Source: Mycolicibacterium smegmatis
Lineage (GTDB): Bacteria > Actinomycetota > Actinomycetes > Mycobacteriales > Mycobacteriaceae
Length of the DNA stretch: 32,000 nt
Reading direction: 5' to 3'
NCBI RefSeq assembly: GCF_001457595.1
Contig: NZ_LN831039.1
Location: forward strand, 6,951,268-6,983,267
The notes beneath the pieces are model-generated. The model ran no database searches, was not told the DNA's origin, and saw nothing but the letters and a program-made list of their open reading frames with translations. Below, piece after piece: positions 1-9,619 of this stretch; within the stretch, counting starts at the first letter, position 1, and the number at the start of each line of letters is the position of its first letter. The position numbers were made by a program, and so were the translations under genes.

Positions 1-2
1 CC

Positions 3-1142
3 GTGAAGTACCCCGACTACAACACCGTCTACGCGAGCCTCAAGACACGCCAGATCGATGCGTGGGTCGCGCCGTCGCAGCAGGCGTCGGGCACCGTGCA
101 GCCGGGCGATCCGGCGCAGATCATCGAAAACACCTTCAGTCTGGACAATTTCGTGGCCTGGGCGGTCGCGAGGGAGAACCAGCCGCTCATCGACGCGCTG
201 AACTCTGGTCTCGACGCGATCATCGCCGACGGGACGTGGGCCCGGCTCTACACCGACTGGGTACCGCGCGCCCTGCCGCCCGGCTGGAAACCCGGCTCCA
301 AGGCCGCGCCGGAACCCCAGCTGCCCGATTTCAACGCGATCGCCGCGGCCCGCGAGGAACCCGAGGACACCGGGCCGGTCGGACCGAAATCCGTGCTGTC
401 GCAACTCGCGGACTCGTTCCTCGACTGGGACCTGTACAAGCAGGCCGTCCCCGACCTGCTCAAGACCGGCCTGCCCAACACCCTGATCCTGACCGTCAGC
501 GCGGGCATCATCGGCCTGGTGCTCGGCATGGGCCTGGCCATGGCGGGAATCTCGCGCGCGGTGTGGCTGCGATGGCCCGCCCGCATCTACACCGACATCT
601 TCCGCGGCCTGCCCGAGGTGGTGATCATCCTGCTGATCGGGCTCGGTGTCGGGCCGATCGTCGGCCACCTGACCGGCAACAACCCGTACCCTCTGGGCAT
701 CGCGGCGCTCGGGTTGATGGCCGCGGCCTACATCGGGGAGATCTTCCGCTCGGGCATCCAGAGCGTGGAGGCCGGCCAACTGGAAGCCGCACGCGCACTG
801 GGGTTCAGCTACCGCTCGTCGATGCGCCTGGTCGTGGTGCCCCAGGGTGTCCGGCGCGTGCTGCCCGCGTTGATGAACCAGTTCATCTCGCTGCTGAAGG
901 CGTCGTCGCTGGTGTACTTCCTCGGCCTGATCGCCAACCAGCGTGAACTGTTCCAGGTGGGCCGAGACCTCAACGCGCAGACCGGAAATCTGTCGCCGCT
1001 CGTCGCGGCAGGCCTGTTCTACCTGATGCTGACCATCCCGCTGACACACCTGGTGAACTACATCGACAACCGGCTGCGGCGGGGCCGGCCCGCGACCGAG
1101 GAAGATCCGGTACCGCCGGCCGCCACCCAGGAGATGATCTGA
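3..1142 (+). CDS. ABC transporter protein with C-terminal part of a solute-binding domain fused to a polar amino acid-type permease domain (5' truncated by window edge)
   Basis: ORF reads from the window edge. About 115 N-terminal residues resemble the end of a SBP_bac_3 domain (DAWVAPSQQASG...DNFVAWAVARENQPLIDALNSGLDAIIADGTWARLYTDW). This is followed by a hydrophobic permease with the EAA-type motif (GQLEAARALGFSYRSSMRLVVVPQGVRRVLPALMNQFISLLKASSL). Confidence 0.88.
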   Translation: MKYPDYNTVYASLKTRQIDAWVAPSQQASGTVQPGDPAQIIENTFSLDNFVAWAVARENQPLIDALNSGLDAIIADGTWARLYTDWVPRALPPGWKPGSKAAPEPQLPDFNAIAAAREEPEDTGPVGPKSVLSQLADSFLDWDLYKQAVPDLLKTGLPNTLILTVSAGIIGLVLGMGLAMAGISRAVWLRWPARIYTDIFRGLPEVVIILLIGLGVGPIVGHLTGNNPYPLGIAALGLMAAAYIGEIFRSGIQSVEAGQLEAARALGFSYRSSMRLVVVPQGVRRVLPALMNQFISLLKASSLVYFLGLIANQRELFQVGRDLNAQTGNLSPLVAAGLFYLMLTIPLTHLVNYIDNRLRRGRPATEEDPVPPAATQEMI

Positions 1143-1879
1143 TGCCGGCTCCCGACGCGGTCTCCTTGACCGCCACGAACATTCACCTGGCATTCGGCCC
1201 CAACAAGGTGCTGCGCGGTGTCGACCTCGACGTGCCCGCCGGGACCACCACGGCGGTCATCGGCCCCTCCGGATCGGGCAAGTCCACGCTGCTGCGCACG
1301 CTGAACCGCCTGTACGAACCCGACGAGGGTGATGTCCTGCTGGACGGACGATCGGTGTTGCGCGACAACCCGGATCAACTGCGTCAGCGCATCGGCATGG
1401 TGTTCCAGCAGTTCAACCTCTTCCCCCACCGCAGCGTTCTCGACAACGTCACGCTGGGCCCGCGCAGGCTCAAAGGGCTGGGCGCCGACGACGCGCGCGA
1501 ACTGGGTCTGGCGCAACTCGACCGGGTTGGGTTGCGGCACAAGGCCGATGTGCGGCCTGGCACGTTGTCTGGCGGTCAACAGCAGCGCGTCGCGATCGCC
1601 CGCGCGCTCGCGATGGCACCACAGGTGATGTTCTTCGACGAGGCCACCTCGGCGCTCGACCCGGAACTGGTCAAGGGCATCCTGAGCCTGATGGCCGATC
1701 TCGCCGCGGACGGCATGACCATCGTCGCTGTCACACACGAGATGGGGTTCGCGCGGTCGACGGCAAATACTGTCGTGTTCATGGACCAGGGCCGCGTTGT
1801 CGAGTCCGGCGAGCCCGATCAACTCTTCGAAGCAGCGGAAACAGATCGCCTGCGCCGCTTCTTGTCCCAGGTTCTGTGA
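1142..1879 (+). CDS. Polar amino acid ABC transporter ATP-binding protein (GlnQ/HisP-like)
   Basis: Walker A GPSGSGKST, signature LSGGQQQRVAIARAL, Walker B VMFFDEATSALDPE, H-loop VTHEMGFA. Its start overlaps the upstream stop (TGATG). Confidence 0.95.
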   Translation: MPAPDAVSLTATNIHLAFGPNKVLRGVDLDVPAGTTTAVIGPSGSGKSTLLRTLNRLYEPDEGDVLLDGRSVLRDNPDQLRQRIGMVFQQFNLFPHRSVLDNVTLGPRRLKGLGADDARELGLAQLDRVGLRHKADVRPGTLSGGQQQRVAIARALAMAPQVMFFDEATSALDPELVKGILSLMADLAADGMTIVAVTHEMGFARSTANTVVFMDQGRVVESGEPDQLFEAAETDRLRRFLSQVL

Positions 1880-1943
1880 ATCAATCGGGCAAACCTGGCA
1901 AGCAGCTCACCCTACCGGCGCAGACAGGTTAGACTGGCGAACT

Positions 1944-2444
1944 ATGGCAGAGACCGAACCGCAGGTCACCGAGCTGGCTGGAGAGCTGCAACGCGTTCTC
2001 TCCAAAGTCTTCTCGGTGCTGCGCCGCGGCGACACACATCGCGGCACCGCCGGCGACCTGACGTTGGCCCAGCTGTCGATCCTGTTGACCCTCCTGGAGG
2101 GCGGGCCGATCCGCATGACCGAGCTCGCGGCCCGCGAGCGCGTCCGTACGCCCACCACCACCGTCGCGATCCGCCGCCTGGAGAAACTCGGTCTGGTCAA
2201 GCGTTCGCGCGACCCCTCTGACCTGCGCGCCGTGCTGGTCGACGTCACGCCGCAGGGCCTGGTGCAGCACCGCGAGTCACTGGCCGCCCGACGCGCCGAC
2301 CTCGCCGAACGACTCAGCAAGCTCAGCGACGAGGATCTCGCGACCCTCGCCAGGGCCCTCGGGCCGCTGGAACGCCTCGCCGGGCAGGACGAGGACAAGA
2401 AGAACGAACGCGAGACGCCCAAACCCGCCGAACAGACCAGCTAG
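1944..2444 (+). CDS. MarR family transcriptional regulator
   Basis: ATG at 1944 gives a 166-aa protein MAETEPQVTELAGELQRVLSKVF... with a winged-helix MarR region (LAARERVRTPTTTVAIRRLEKLGLVKRSRDPSDLRAVLVDVTPQG). By position and sequence type it is like Rv0042c. Confidence 0.88.
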   Translation: MAETEPQVTELAGELQRVLSKVFSVLRRGDTHRGTAGDLTLAQLSILLTLLEGGPIRMTELAARERVRTPTTTVAIRRLEKLGLVKRSRDPSDLRAVLVDVTPQGLVQHRESLAARRADLAERLSKLSDEDLATLARALGPLERLAGQDEDKKNERETPKPAEQTS

Positions 2445-2452
2445 GTGCCGGG

Positions 2453-3805
2453 CTAACCCAGCCAGTCCAGCACGGCCGCGGCGGTCCAGGACTGCTGCAT
2501 GCTGCCCAGCGGTTCACCCGTGAACGGCTCGTAGTACTCGGCGAACGTGCCGTCGCTGGCCTGCCGCAGGCCCTCCTGCCGCAGCAGGCGCGCCCGCTCG
2601 GCCCAGCCACGGCGCGCGAAACACCACGAGAACAGCCAGGTCATGACCGGCCACACCGGGCCGCGCCAGTACTCGCGCGGACGGAAATCGCGCGACACGG
2701 GTGACGTCGACGGGATGACGCTGTACCGCAGATCCGGGTGGCCGCAGAACCGCGGGCCCTCCAGGCGCTTGATCAGCGTCCGCTCCTTGTCGTGCGGCAA
2801 CCCGCCGCACAACAGCGGCGCGAACTGCGCCACGGTCTCGGTGGCCACCCATCTGCCCGCGCGCACGTCGAAATCCCTTGCCGCGCCGGTGCGGTCGTCG
2901 GTCGAATCGATCACGCCGGCCCGGAACCGGTCGGCCCACGCGTACAGATCCCGCACATCGGCGTGCGGGCGTTTGTGGTCCTCACCGATCTCGGCCAGCA
3001 CCTGGCAGGCCACCGAGAAGATGGCCGAGACGAACACGTCCTCGACCGCGAAGCTCATCACCTTCGGCAGCAGATCGTCGTCGTAGCGAACCGATTTCAT
3101 CTCCTCGAGCAGCCACAGGTACCGGTCGTACTCGAGGTCGCTGGGCCGCTGCGTCGCGTCGGTGACGATGGTGTTGTCCTCGCGCTGGTACTCGGGCACG
3201 TTGCCGGGAACCACGTTGGCGTAGGCGCTGTCCCAGCGCGGTGAGTTGTCCATGCCGGACTCCCAGCCGTGGTACAGCGTGATCCGTCCGTGGCCGTCCG
3301 GATCGCGCTTCTCGGCCAGCCACCGGTGCCAGCGCACCAGATCGCTCCAGCGCCGGTCCAGGAAGGCCGCGGCCACCGCGCGAGTCGAGCGGCCCCGGTT
3401 GCGCGCCTGGTCGAGGATGCGTTGCACCGCGATGGCGTGCACGGGCGGTTGCGTGATGCCCGAGGTGTGCCGGATGCGCGGCGCGTTCGCCGCGAGCGCC
3501 TGTGTCGCCCAGCGGGCCGGGCCGGGGAAGTACCCGTCGACGCCGTTGGCGAACACGATGTGCGGGATCATCCCGTTGCGCCACTGCGCCGACAACAGGG
3601 TGTCGAGTTCGACGACGGCGCGCTCGACGCTCAGCGGCGCAAGGCCGATCGCGACGAACGCCGCGTCCCAACTCCACATGTGCGGGTACAGCAGGGGCGC
3701 GGCCGTGGTCATGGTGCCCAGGTCGTTACCGCGCAGCAGATACGCGGCGCGGGCAGCAAGTTGTGTCGGCGCGAAGCTCGGATCGGGTGGCATCGCTACC
3801 ATCAT
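2453..3805 (-). CDS. ggh: GH63-type glycoside hydrolase, probable glucosylglycerate hydrolase
   Basis: Part of ORF 2453..4207. The likely start is MMVAMPPDPSFAPTQLAARAAYLLRGNDLG. Contains (alpha/alpha)6-hydrolase-like segments YPHMWSWDAAFVAIGL, GRITLYHGWESGMDNSPRWD and SREFRPREYWRGPVWPVMTWL-type (read here as SRDFRPREYWRGPVWPVMTWL). Substrate assignment is from recalled mycobacterial GgH similarity. Confidence 0.75.
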   Translation of the reverse strand: MMVAMPPDPSFAPTQLAARAAYLLRGNDLGTMTTAAPLLYPHMWSWDAAFVAIGLAPLSVERAVVELDTLLSAQWRNGMIPHIVFANGVDGYFPGPARWATQALAANAPRIRHTSGITQPPVHAIAVQRILDQARNRGRSTRAVAAAFLDRRWSDLVRWHRWLAEKRDPDGHGRITLYHGWESGMDNSPRWDSAYANVVPGNVPEYQREDNTIVTDATQRPSDLEYDRYLWLLEEMKSVRYDDDLLPKVMSFAVEDVFVSAIFSVACQVLAEIGEDHKRPHADVRDLYAWADRFRAGVIDSTDDRTGAARDFDVRAGRWVATETVAQFAPLLCGGLPHDKERTLIKRLEGPRFCGHPDLRYSVIPSTSPVSRDFRPREYWRGPVWPVMTWLFSWCFARRGWAERARLLRQEGLRQASDGTFAEYYEPFTGEPLGSMQQSWTAAAVLDWLG

Positions 3806-3847
3806 GCGACGCCGGGGCCGAAGTTGCAGGTCGGTAGGCTTGTCGGC

Positions 3848-4513
3848 GTGCCGACCGCGCTGATCACCGGAGCGAGCGGGGCCATCGGTTCGGCCATCGC
3901 CGCTGCCCTCGCCCCCACCCACACCCTGTTGCTGGCGGGTCGCCCGTCGGCCCGGCTCGACGAGGTCGCCGAACGCCTGGGCGCCCCGACCTGGCCACTC
4001 GACCTCACCGACGCCGATTCGATCGAGTCGAGCACCGAGGTGCTCGCCGAACTCGACGTGCTGGTGCACAACGCGGGGGTGCTGTTCCCGGGCCGCGTCG
4101 GCGAATCCACGGCCGACGAGTGGCGTGCGTCGTTCGAGGTGAACGTCACAGGTGCCGTCGCGCTGACGCTGGCGTTGCTGCCTGCGTTGCGCGCCGCGCG
4201 CGGGCACGTCGTGTTCATCAATTCAGGTGCGGGGCGCAACGTGTCGGCGGGCATGGCCTCGTACTCGGCGAGCAAGTTCGCGCTGCGCGCGTTCGCCGAC
4301 TCACTGCGCGCCGATGAACCGTCGCTGCGGGTCACCTCGGTGTTCCCGGGGCGCACCGATTCGGACATGCAGCGCGAACTGATCGCCTACGAGGGCCGCG
4401 AGTACGACCCCGGCAGTTTCCTGCGGCCCGAGACCGTCGCGGGGCTGGTGGCCTCGGCCGTCAACACCCCACGCGACGGCCACGTCCACGAGATCGTGGT
4501 CCGCCCGGGCTAG
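3848..4513 (+). CDS. Short-chain dehydrogenase/reductase (SDR)
   Basis: GTG start VPTALITGASGAIGSAIAAAL (Rossmann TGxxGxIG), NAGV motif (LVHNAGVLFPG), YxxxK active site (SYSASKFALRAFADSL), and GRTDSD-type C-terminal region. Confidence 0.9.
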   Translation: MPTALITGASGAIGSAIAAALAPTHTLLLAGRPSARLDEVAERLGAPTWPLDLTDADSIESSTEVLAELDVLVHNAGVLFPGRVGESTADEWRASFEVNVTGAVALTLALLPALRAARGHVVFINSGAGRNVSAGMASYSASKFALRAFADSLRADEPSLRVTSVFPGRTDSDMQRELIAYEGREYDPGSFLRPETVAGLVASAVNTPRDGHVHEIVVRPG

Positions 4514-4519
4514 ACCCGG

Positions 4520-7381
4520 CTAGACGACCAGGTTGACCAGTCGGCCCGGGACAACGATGACCTTCTTGGGCGTGGCCCCGGCCAGGAACGCCTGCACCTT
4601 CTCGTCGGCCAGGGCCGCGGCCTCGAGCGCGGCCTTGTCCGCGTCGGCCGCCACGACGATCTTGCCGCGCACCTTGCCGTTGACCTGGACGGGGAACTCG
4701 ATGGTGTCCTCCACCAGGTACTGCGGGTCGGCCTCGGGGAAAGGTCCGTGTGCCAGCGAGGTGTCGTGGCCCAGCCGCTTCCACAGTTCCTCGGCGAGGT
4801 GCGGCGCCAGCGGCGCGACCATCAGCACCAGTGGTTCGATCGCGGCGCGCGCCGCCACACCCTCCTTGGTGAGGTGGTTGGTGTACTCGATGAGCTTGGC
4901 GGCCGCGGTGTTGTTGCGAAGTGCCGCATAGTCTTCGCGCACACCTTCGATCGTGCGGTGCAGCAGGCGCAGCGTCTCGTCGCTGAGTGCCTCGTGCTCG
5001 ACGACACGCACGTTGCCCGAGGTCTCGTCGATCACGACGCGCCACACACGCTGCAGGAAGCGGTGCGCACCGACGACGTCCTTGGTGGCCCACGGCCGCG
5101 ACGCCTCGAGCGGGCCCATCGACATCTCGTACACGCGCAGCGTGTCGGCGCCGTAGTTGTCGCAGATCTCGTCGGGCGACACCGAGTTCTTCAGGCTCTT
5201 GCCGATCTTGCCGAACTCCTGGTTCACCTCTATTTCACCATCGGGACCGGGCCAGAAGAACTTGCCGTCCCGCTCGATCACCTCGGCGGCGGGCACATAG
5301 GTGCCGCGCGAGTCGGTGTAGGCGAAGGCCTGGATGTAGCCCTGGTTGACCAGGCGTCGGTACGGCTCACGCGAGCTGACGTAACCCAGGTCGTAGAGCA
5401 CCTTGTGCCAGAACCGCGAGTACAGCAGGTGCAGCACAGCGTGTTCCACGCCGCCGACGTACAGGTCGACACCGCCCGGATCCTCCGGGCCGTGCTCGTC
5501 GGGGCGCGGCCCCATCCAGTACGCCTCGTTCTCCTTGGCGCACATCTCATCCGGATTGTGCGGGTCGGTGTAGCGCAGCTCGTACCACGAGCTGCCGGCC
5601 CACTGCGGCATGACATTGGTGTCACGCGTGTAGGACTGCAGACCGTCACCGAGGTCGAGTTCGACGTGGACCCATTCGGTGGCCTTGTTCAGCGGCGGCG
5701 AGGGCTCGCTGTCGGCGTCGTCCGGGTCGAACAGCACCGGCGAGTAGTCGGGGACGTCCGGAAGCTCAACGGGCAGAGCAGATTCCGGCAGCGGGTGGGC
5801 ACGTCCGTCGGCGTCGTAGACAATGGGGAACGGCTCACCCCAGTAGCGCTGGCGGGCGAACAGCCAGTCACGCAGCTTGTACTCGACGCGGCGCTTCCCG
5901 CGGCCGTCGGCCTCGAGACGGGCGATGATGGCCTCCTTGGCCGACGCCACATCCATGCCGTCGAGGAAGCCCGAGTTGACCATGGTGCCGTCGCCCGCGT
6001 AGGCGGCCTCCGAGATGTCACCACCGGTCACCACCTCGATGATGGGCAGGCCGAACTCCTTGGCGAAATCCCAGTCACGCTGATCGCCGCCGGGCACCGC
6101 CATGATGGCGCCGGTGCCGTAGCCGGCCAGCACGTAGTCGGCGATGAAGATCGGAACCTGTTTGCCGTCAGCGGGATTGGTCGCGTAGGCACCCAGGAAC
6201 ACACCGGTCTTGGTCTTGTTCTCCTGGCGCTCCAGATCCGACTTCGCGGCGATGTCCGTGCGGTAGGCCGCGACGGCCTCGCGCGGGGTCGCCGCGCCGT
6301 AGGTCCAGCGCTCGTCGGTGCCGTCGGGCCACGCGTCGGTCACCAGCGTGTCGACCAGATCGTGCTCGGGGGCCAACACCAGATACGTTGCGCCGAACAA
6401 CGTATCGGGACGCGTGGTGAACACCTCGATGTCGTCGGCCGCGGTCGCGAACAGCACCGAGGCACCCGTCGAGCGGCCGATCCAGTTGCGCTGCATGGTC
6501 TTGACCTTCTCGGGCCAATCCAGCACGTCGAGATCCTCGAGGAGCCTGTCGGAGTACGCGGTGATGCGCATCATCCACTGGCGCAACCGCTTCCGGAACA
6601 CCGGGAAGTTGCCGCGGTCGCTGCGGCCCTCGGAGGTCACCTCCTCGTTGGCCAGCACGGTGCCCAGACCGGGGCACCAGTTCACCATCGAGTCGGCGCG
6701 GTACACCAAGCGGTAACCGTCGATCACATCGGCGCGCTCACCCTTGGACAGATCGGCCCAGTTGCGGCCGTCGTCGAGCGTGCGCTTACCCGATTCGAAC
6801 TCCTCGACCAGCTCGCTGATGCGGCGGGCCTTGTTCTGGTCGCGGTCGAACCAGGCGTTGTAGATCTGCAGGAAGATCCACTGCGTCCACTTGTAGTAGT
6901 CGACGTCGGTGGTGGAGAAGCTGCGGCGCGTGTCGTGGCCCAGCCCCAGCCGGCCCAGCTGCCTGCGGAAGTTGACGATGTTGGCCTCGGTGCGCGTGCG
7001 CGGATGCGTCCCGGTCTGCACCGCGTACTGCTCGGCGGGCAGGCCGAAGGCATCGAACCCCAGCGCGTGCAACACGTTGCGGCCGAGCATGCGGTAGTAG
7101 CGCGCGTAGACGTCTGTCGCGATGTAGCCGAGCGGGTGCCCGACGTGCAGACCGTCGCCCGACGGGTACGGGAACATGTCCTGGACGAACATCTTGTCGG
7201 CAGGAACATCCGAGCCGTCCTTCGGCGCGAGTGACCCCACGGGATTGGCGACGTTGAACGTGCCGCGGTCCGACCACGTCTCCTGCCACGCCCGCTCGAT
7301 CTGCCCCGCGAGATCCGCGTTGTAGCGATGACGCGGGATCTGCTCATCGGGTGTTGTCGGCGTGGTTGCGGGTTCGGTCAC
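4520..7381 (-). CDS. leuS: Leucyl-tRNA synthetase
   Basis: HIGH-like motif [20 protein letters not shown]-like motif [12 protein letters not shown], and an editing-domain [14 protein letters not shown]. Start could be GTG at 7381 ([13 protein letters not shown]) or the longer ORF start at 7408. Confidence 0.97.
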   Translation of the reverse strand: MTEPATTPTTPDEQIPRHRYNADLAGQIERAWQETWSDRGTFNVANPVGSLAPKDGSDVPADKMFVQDMFPYPSGDGLHVGHPLGYIATDVYARYYRMLGRNVLHALGFDAFGLPAEQYAVQTGTHPRTRTEANIVNFRRQLGRLGLGHDTRRSFSTTDVDYYKWTQWIFLQIYNAWFDRDQNKARRISELVEEFESGKRTLDDGRNWADLSKGERADVIDGYRLVYRADSMVNWCPGLGTVLANEEVTSEGRSDRGNFPVFRKRLRQWMMRITAYSDRLLEDLDVLDWPEKVKTMQRNWIGRSTGASVLFATAADDIEVFTTRPDTLFGATYLVLAPEHDLVDTLVTDAWPDGTDERWTYGAATPREAVAAYRTDIAAKSDLERQENKTKTGVFLGAYATNPADGKQVPIFIADYVLAGYGTGAIMAVPGGDQRDWDFAKEFGLPIIEVVTGGDISEAAYAGDGTMVNSGFLDGMDVASAKEAIIARLEADGRGKRRVEYKLRDWLFARQRYWGEPFPIVYDADGRAHPLPESALPVELPDVPDYSPVLFDPDDADSEPSPPLNKATEWVHVELDLGDGLQSYTRDTNVMPQWAGSSWYELRYTDPHNPDEMCAKENEAYWMGPRPDEHGPEDPGGVDLYVGGVEHAVLHLLYSRFWHKVLYDLGYVSSREPYRRLVNQGYIQAFAYTDSRGTYVPAAEVIERDGKFFWPGPDGEIEVNQEFGKIGKSLKNSVSPDEICDNYGADTLRVYEMSMGPLEASRPWATKDVVGAHRFLQRVWRVVIDETSGNVRVVEHEALSDETLRLLHRTIEGVREDYAALRNNTAAAKLIEYTNHLTKEGVAARAAIEPLVLMVAPLAPHLAEELWKRLGHDTSLAHGPFPEADPQYLVEDTIEFPVQVNGKVRGKIVVAADADKAALEAAALADEKVQAFLAGATPKKVIVVPGRLVNLVV

Positions 7382-7594
7382 GACCAACAGGGTATAAGGC
7401 GGCCGCAAACCGCTCGAAGTCGCTGACCTCCGCAGACCGTCAGGGCACAGCTTGGTATCGGTTCCGTCGCGGGCAAGTCAGAGCTTGATTCCAGGTGTGT
7501 AGAGATCCTGGTTTCGGCACCTGCGGCATGGATACAGTCAGCGCCTGACGTACGGCAGCAAACAGCTTCGAATCGTTGGGGAAGGACGCACGCA

Positions 7595-8500
7595 ATGACC
7601 GAGAGTGCCCGTCGTTGGCGGGTTCTGAGCGCAGGGGTGGCCGCGGGACTGGCCGGTTTCGTCAGCCTTGCCGGCAACACCGCATCCGCCGAACCAGTGT
7701 TGCCCATGCCACCGGCGCCCGTGCCGTCACCGGTGGTGCAGCAGGCGGCCCCGCTCGCTCCTGCGGCCGCGCCCGCGGCTGCTGCGGTACCCGGAACGTC
7801 GAGCCTGGGCGTGACGAATCAGACACCAGGCGTCGCCGTGCCCGCGGCGCCCGCAGCGGTGCCGCAACCGGCGATCGTCCCGGCGACCTCCGGCACGCTC
7901 TCGGAATTCCTCGCCGAGCACGGCGTCAAGATGGAGCCGCAGGTCGCCGACAACTTCACGGCGCTCAACATCGTGCTGCCCATGCCGACGAACTGGACGA
8001 AAGTCCCCGATCCGAACGTGCCGAACGCGTTCGCCGTGATCGCCGACCGCACCAGCAAGGACCTGTACACACCCAACGCCCAGGTGGTGGTCTACAAGCT
8101 CATCGGCGACTTCGACCCGCGCGCGGCGATCAGCCACGGCTACGTCGACAGCCAGAAGCTTCTCGGCTGGCGTACCACCGACATGGCGATGGGCGACTTC
8201 TACGGATTCCCCTCGTCCTTCATCGAAGGTAGCTACACCGAGGGCAGCCAGGTGCTCAACACCTCCCGCCGCCACGTCATCGCCACGTCGGGCGACGACC
8301 GGTACCTGGTGTCGCTGTCGGTGAACTGGTCGGCCGCCAACCAGGGCATATCGGCCGCCGCGGAAGCGACCGACGCGATCGTCTCGGGCTTCCGGGTCAG
8401 CGCGCCGGCGCCCGCTCCTGCGGCTCCGCCCGCCGCGCCCGCACCGGTTGCGCCACCCGCGCTGCCCGCTTTGCCCCAGCTCCCGGGCCTCCCGGGCTAG
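7595..8500 (+). CDS. mtc28: Secreted Ala/Pro-rich protein, Mtc28-like (28 kDa proline-rich antigen family; LpqN-type core)
   Basis: Signal peptide MTESARRWRVLSAGVAAGLAGFVSLAGNTASAEP, Pro/Ala-rich flanks, and core domain FTALNIVLPMPTNWTKVPDPNVPNAFAVIADR. It sits next to leuS, as Rv0040c does beside Rv0041. Confidence 0.82.
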   Translation: MTESARRWRVLSAGVAAGLAGFVSLAGNTASAEPVLPMPPAPVPSPVVQQAAPLAPAAAPAAAAVPGTSSLGVTNQTPGVAVPAAPAAVPQPAIVPATSGTLSEFLAEHGVKMEPQVADNFTALNIVLPMPTNWTKVPDPNVPNAFAVIADRTSKDLYTPNAQVVVYKLIGDFDPRAAISHGYVDSQKLLGWRTTDMAMGDFYGFPSSFIEGSYTEGSQVLNTSRRHVIATSGDDRYLVSLSVNWSAANQGISAAAEATDAIVSGFRVSAPAPAPAAPPAAPAPVAPPALPALPQLPGLPG

Positions 8501-8505
8501 AGGTT

Positions 8506-8530
8506 GGGCCGGGGCGCCGAGCCCCGGCCC
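8506..8530. terminator. GC-only hairpin, candidate intrinsic (U-tract-less) terminator after the Mtc28-like gene
   Basis: GGGCCGGGGC (8506-8515), loop GCCGA, GCCCCGGCCC (8521-8530): a perfect 10-bp stem starting 6 nt after the stop. Confidence 0.6.
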
Positions 8531-8569
8531 GATACCGCACGAACGCCGCCGAACTCGTATTGTGGGCCC

Positions 8570-8941
8570 ATGCTGATCGCCGCGCTGCTGTGTCTGAGCG
8601 CCGCCGTCGTCGTCGCAGTCCTCGGGTTGTGGCTGTTGACCCGGCCCCGTTACGGAGATCCGGTGCGGGGCGTGTTGAGAGCGGTTGCCCCGACGCAGCT
8701 GGCCGCCGCGGTCATGCTCGCCGCGGGCGGCGCCACCGCGTTGGCCGCCGCCCCGCAGACCGGGCTCATGGTCGTCGTGGTGTGCGTCATCGGGGCCATC
8801 GCGACCGTGGCCGCGGGCTGCTGGCAGAGCGCCAAGGCCGTCGCCGTCAGTCAAGCGGCGAGTGAAGCGGCGCGCGAGGCGTCCGGCGGCAGCTGCGCCC
8901 CGGAGGCGTGCGCGGCCTGCACGCTGTCCTGCAGCAAGTGA
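8570..8941 (+). CDS. Small conserved membrane protein (Rv0039c-like)
   Basis: ATG at 8570 gives 123 aa with two hydrophobic helices (MLIAALLCLSAAVVVAVLGLWLL; LAAAVMLAAGGATALAAAPQTGLMVVVVCVIGAIATVAAG) and a Cys-rich C-terminus (CAPEACAACTLSCSK). Confidence 0.75.
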   Translation: MLIAALLCLSAAVVVAVLGLWLLTRPRYGDPVRGVLRAVAPTQLAAAVMLAAGGATALAAAPQTGLMVVVVCVIGAIATVAAGCWQSAKAVAVSQAASEAAREASGGSCAPEACAACTLSCSK

Positions 8942-9547
8942 TCAGTTGCGGCTCACGTCGATGGGGTGGGTCGCCAGCAGCGACATCGGCAGCGGCTGAC
9001 GTCGCAGCACACGTCCCCACAGGTCGATCCGCGGCTCGATGAGCACGTCGGAGGGCAACGCCGACAACACGATCCAATCGTCGCGCTCGATCTCGCCGTC
9101 CAGCTGCCCGGTGGTCCAGCCGGAGTATCCCGCGAAGATGCGGACACCCTCGATGACGGGCGCGAGCTCCTCGGGATCGGCGTCGAGATCCACCATCACC
9201 ACACGGCCCTGTACATGCCGCAACCCGTCGACGCCGTCGGCCTGCATGCCGACCCGCAGCGTCGCGAGACACAACGCCGAATCCCGTTTGACCGGGCCGC
9301 CGATGAACATCGTCTTGGGTTTCGCGGTGACCTCGGCCCACTGCGGCAGGACGTTGTAGACAGCGGTCTCACTCGGCCGGTTGAGGATCACCCCGAGCGT
9401 GCCGCCCGAATTGTGCTCGACGATGTAGATGACCGTGCGCCGGAACGTCGGCTCGAGCAGATCGGTGTTGGCGAGCAGCAGTGTTCCCGGGCGTACCCGG
9501 TGGGCCGCAGGGGCGATGAAATCCTCCGGATCCTCTGACTGCGCCAC
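8942..9547 (-). CDS. YqgE/AlgH family protein (UPF0301)
   Basis: RPGTLLLANTDLLEPTFRRTVIYIVEHNSGGTLGVILNRP...FIGGPVKRDSALCL...RIFAGYSGWTTGQLDGEI is characteristic of YqgE/AlgH. Confidence 0.93.
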   Translation of the reverse strand: MAQSEDPEDFIAPAAHRVRPGTLLLANTDLLEPTFRRTVIYIVEHNSGGTLGVILNRPSETAVYNVLPQWAEVTAKPKTMFIGGPVKRDSALCLATLRVGMQADGVDGLRHVQGRVVMVDLDADPEELAPVIEGVRIFAGYSGWTTGQLDGEIERDDWIVLSALPSDVLIEPRIDLWGRVLRRQPLPMSLLATHPIDVSRN

Positions 9548-9619
9548 TCATACATCATGGCACCAGCACCCGCGTGACGTGGCGAACAAATTAAGGCGTG
9601 GCCGGAAATATCCGGATCT

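Noticed and set aside
4748-7234. Large plus-strand ORF (828 aa) antisense to leuS
   Set aside because: It is a GC-driven shadow ORF rich in Arg/Val/His with no recognisable fold. The opposite strand encodes an unmistakable leucyl-tRNA synthetase.
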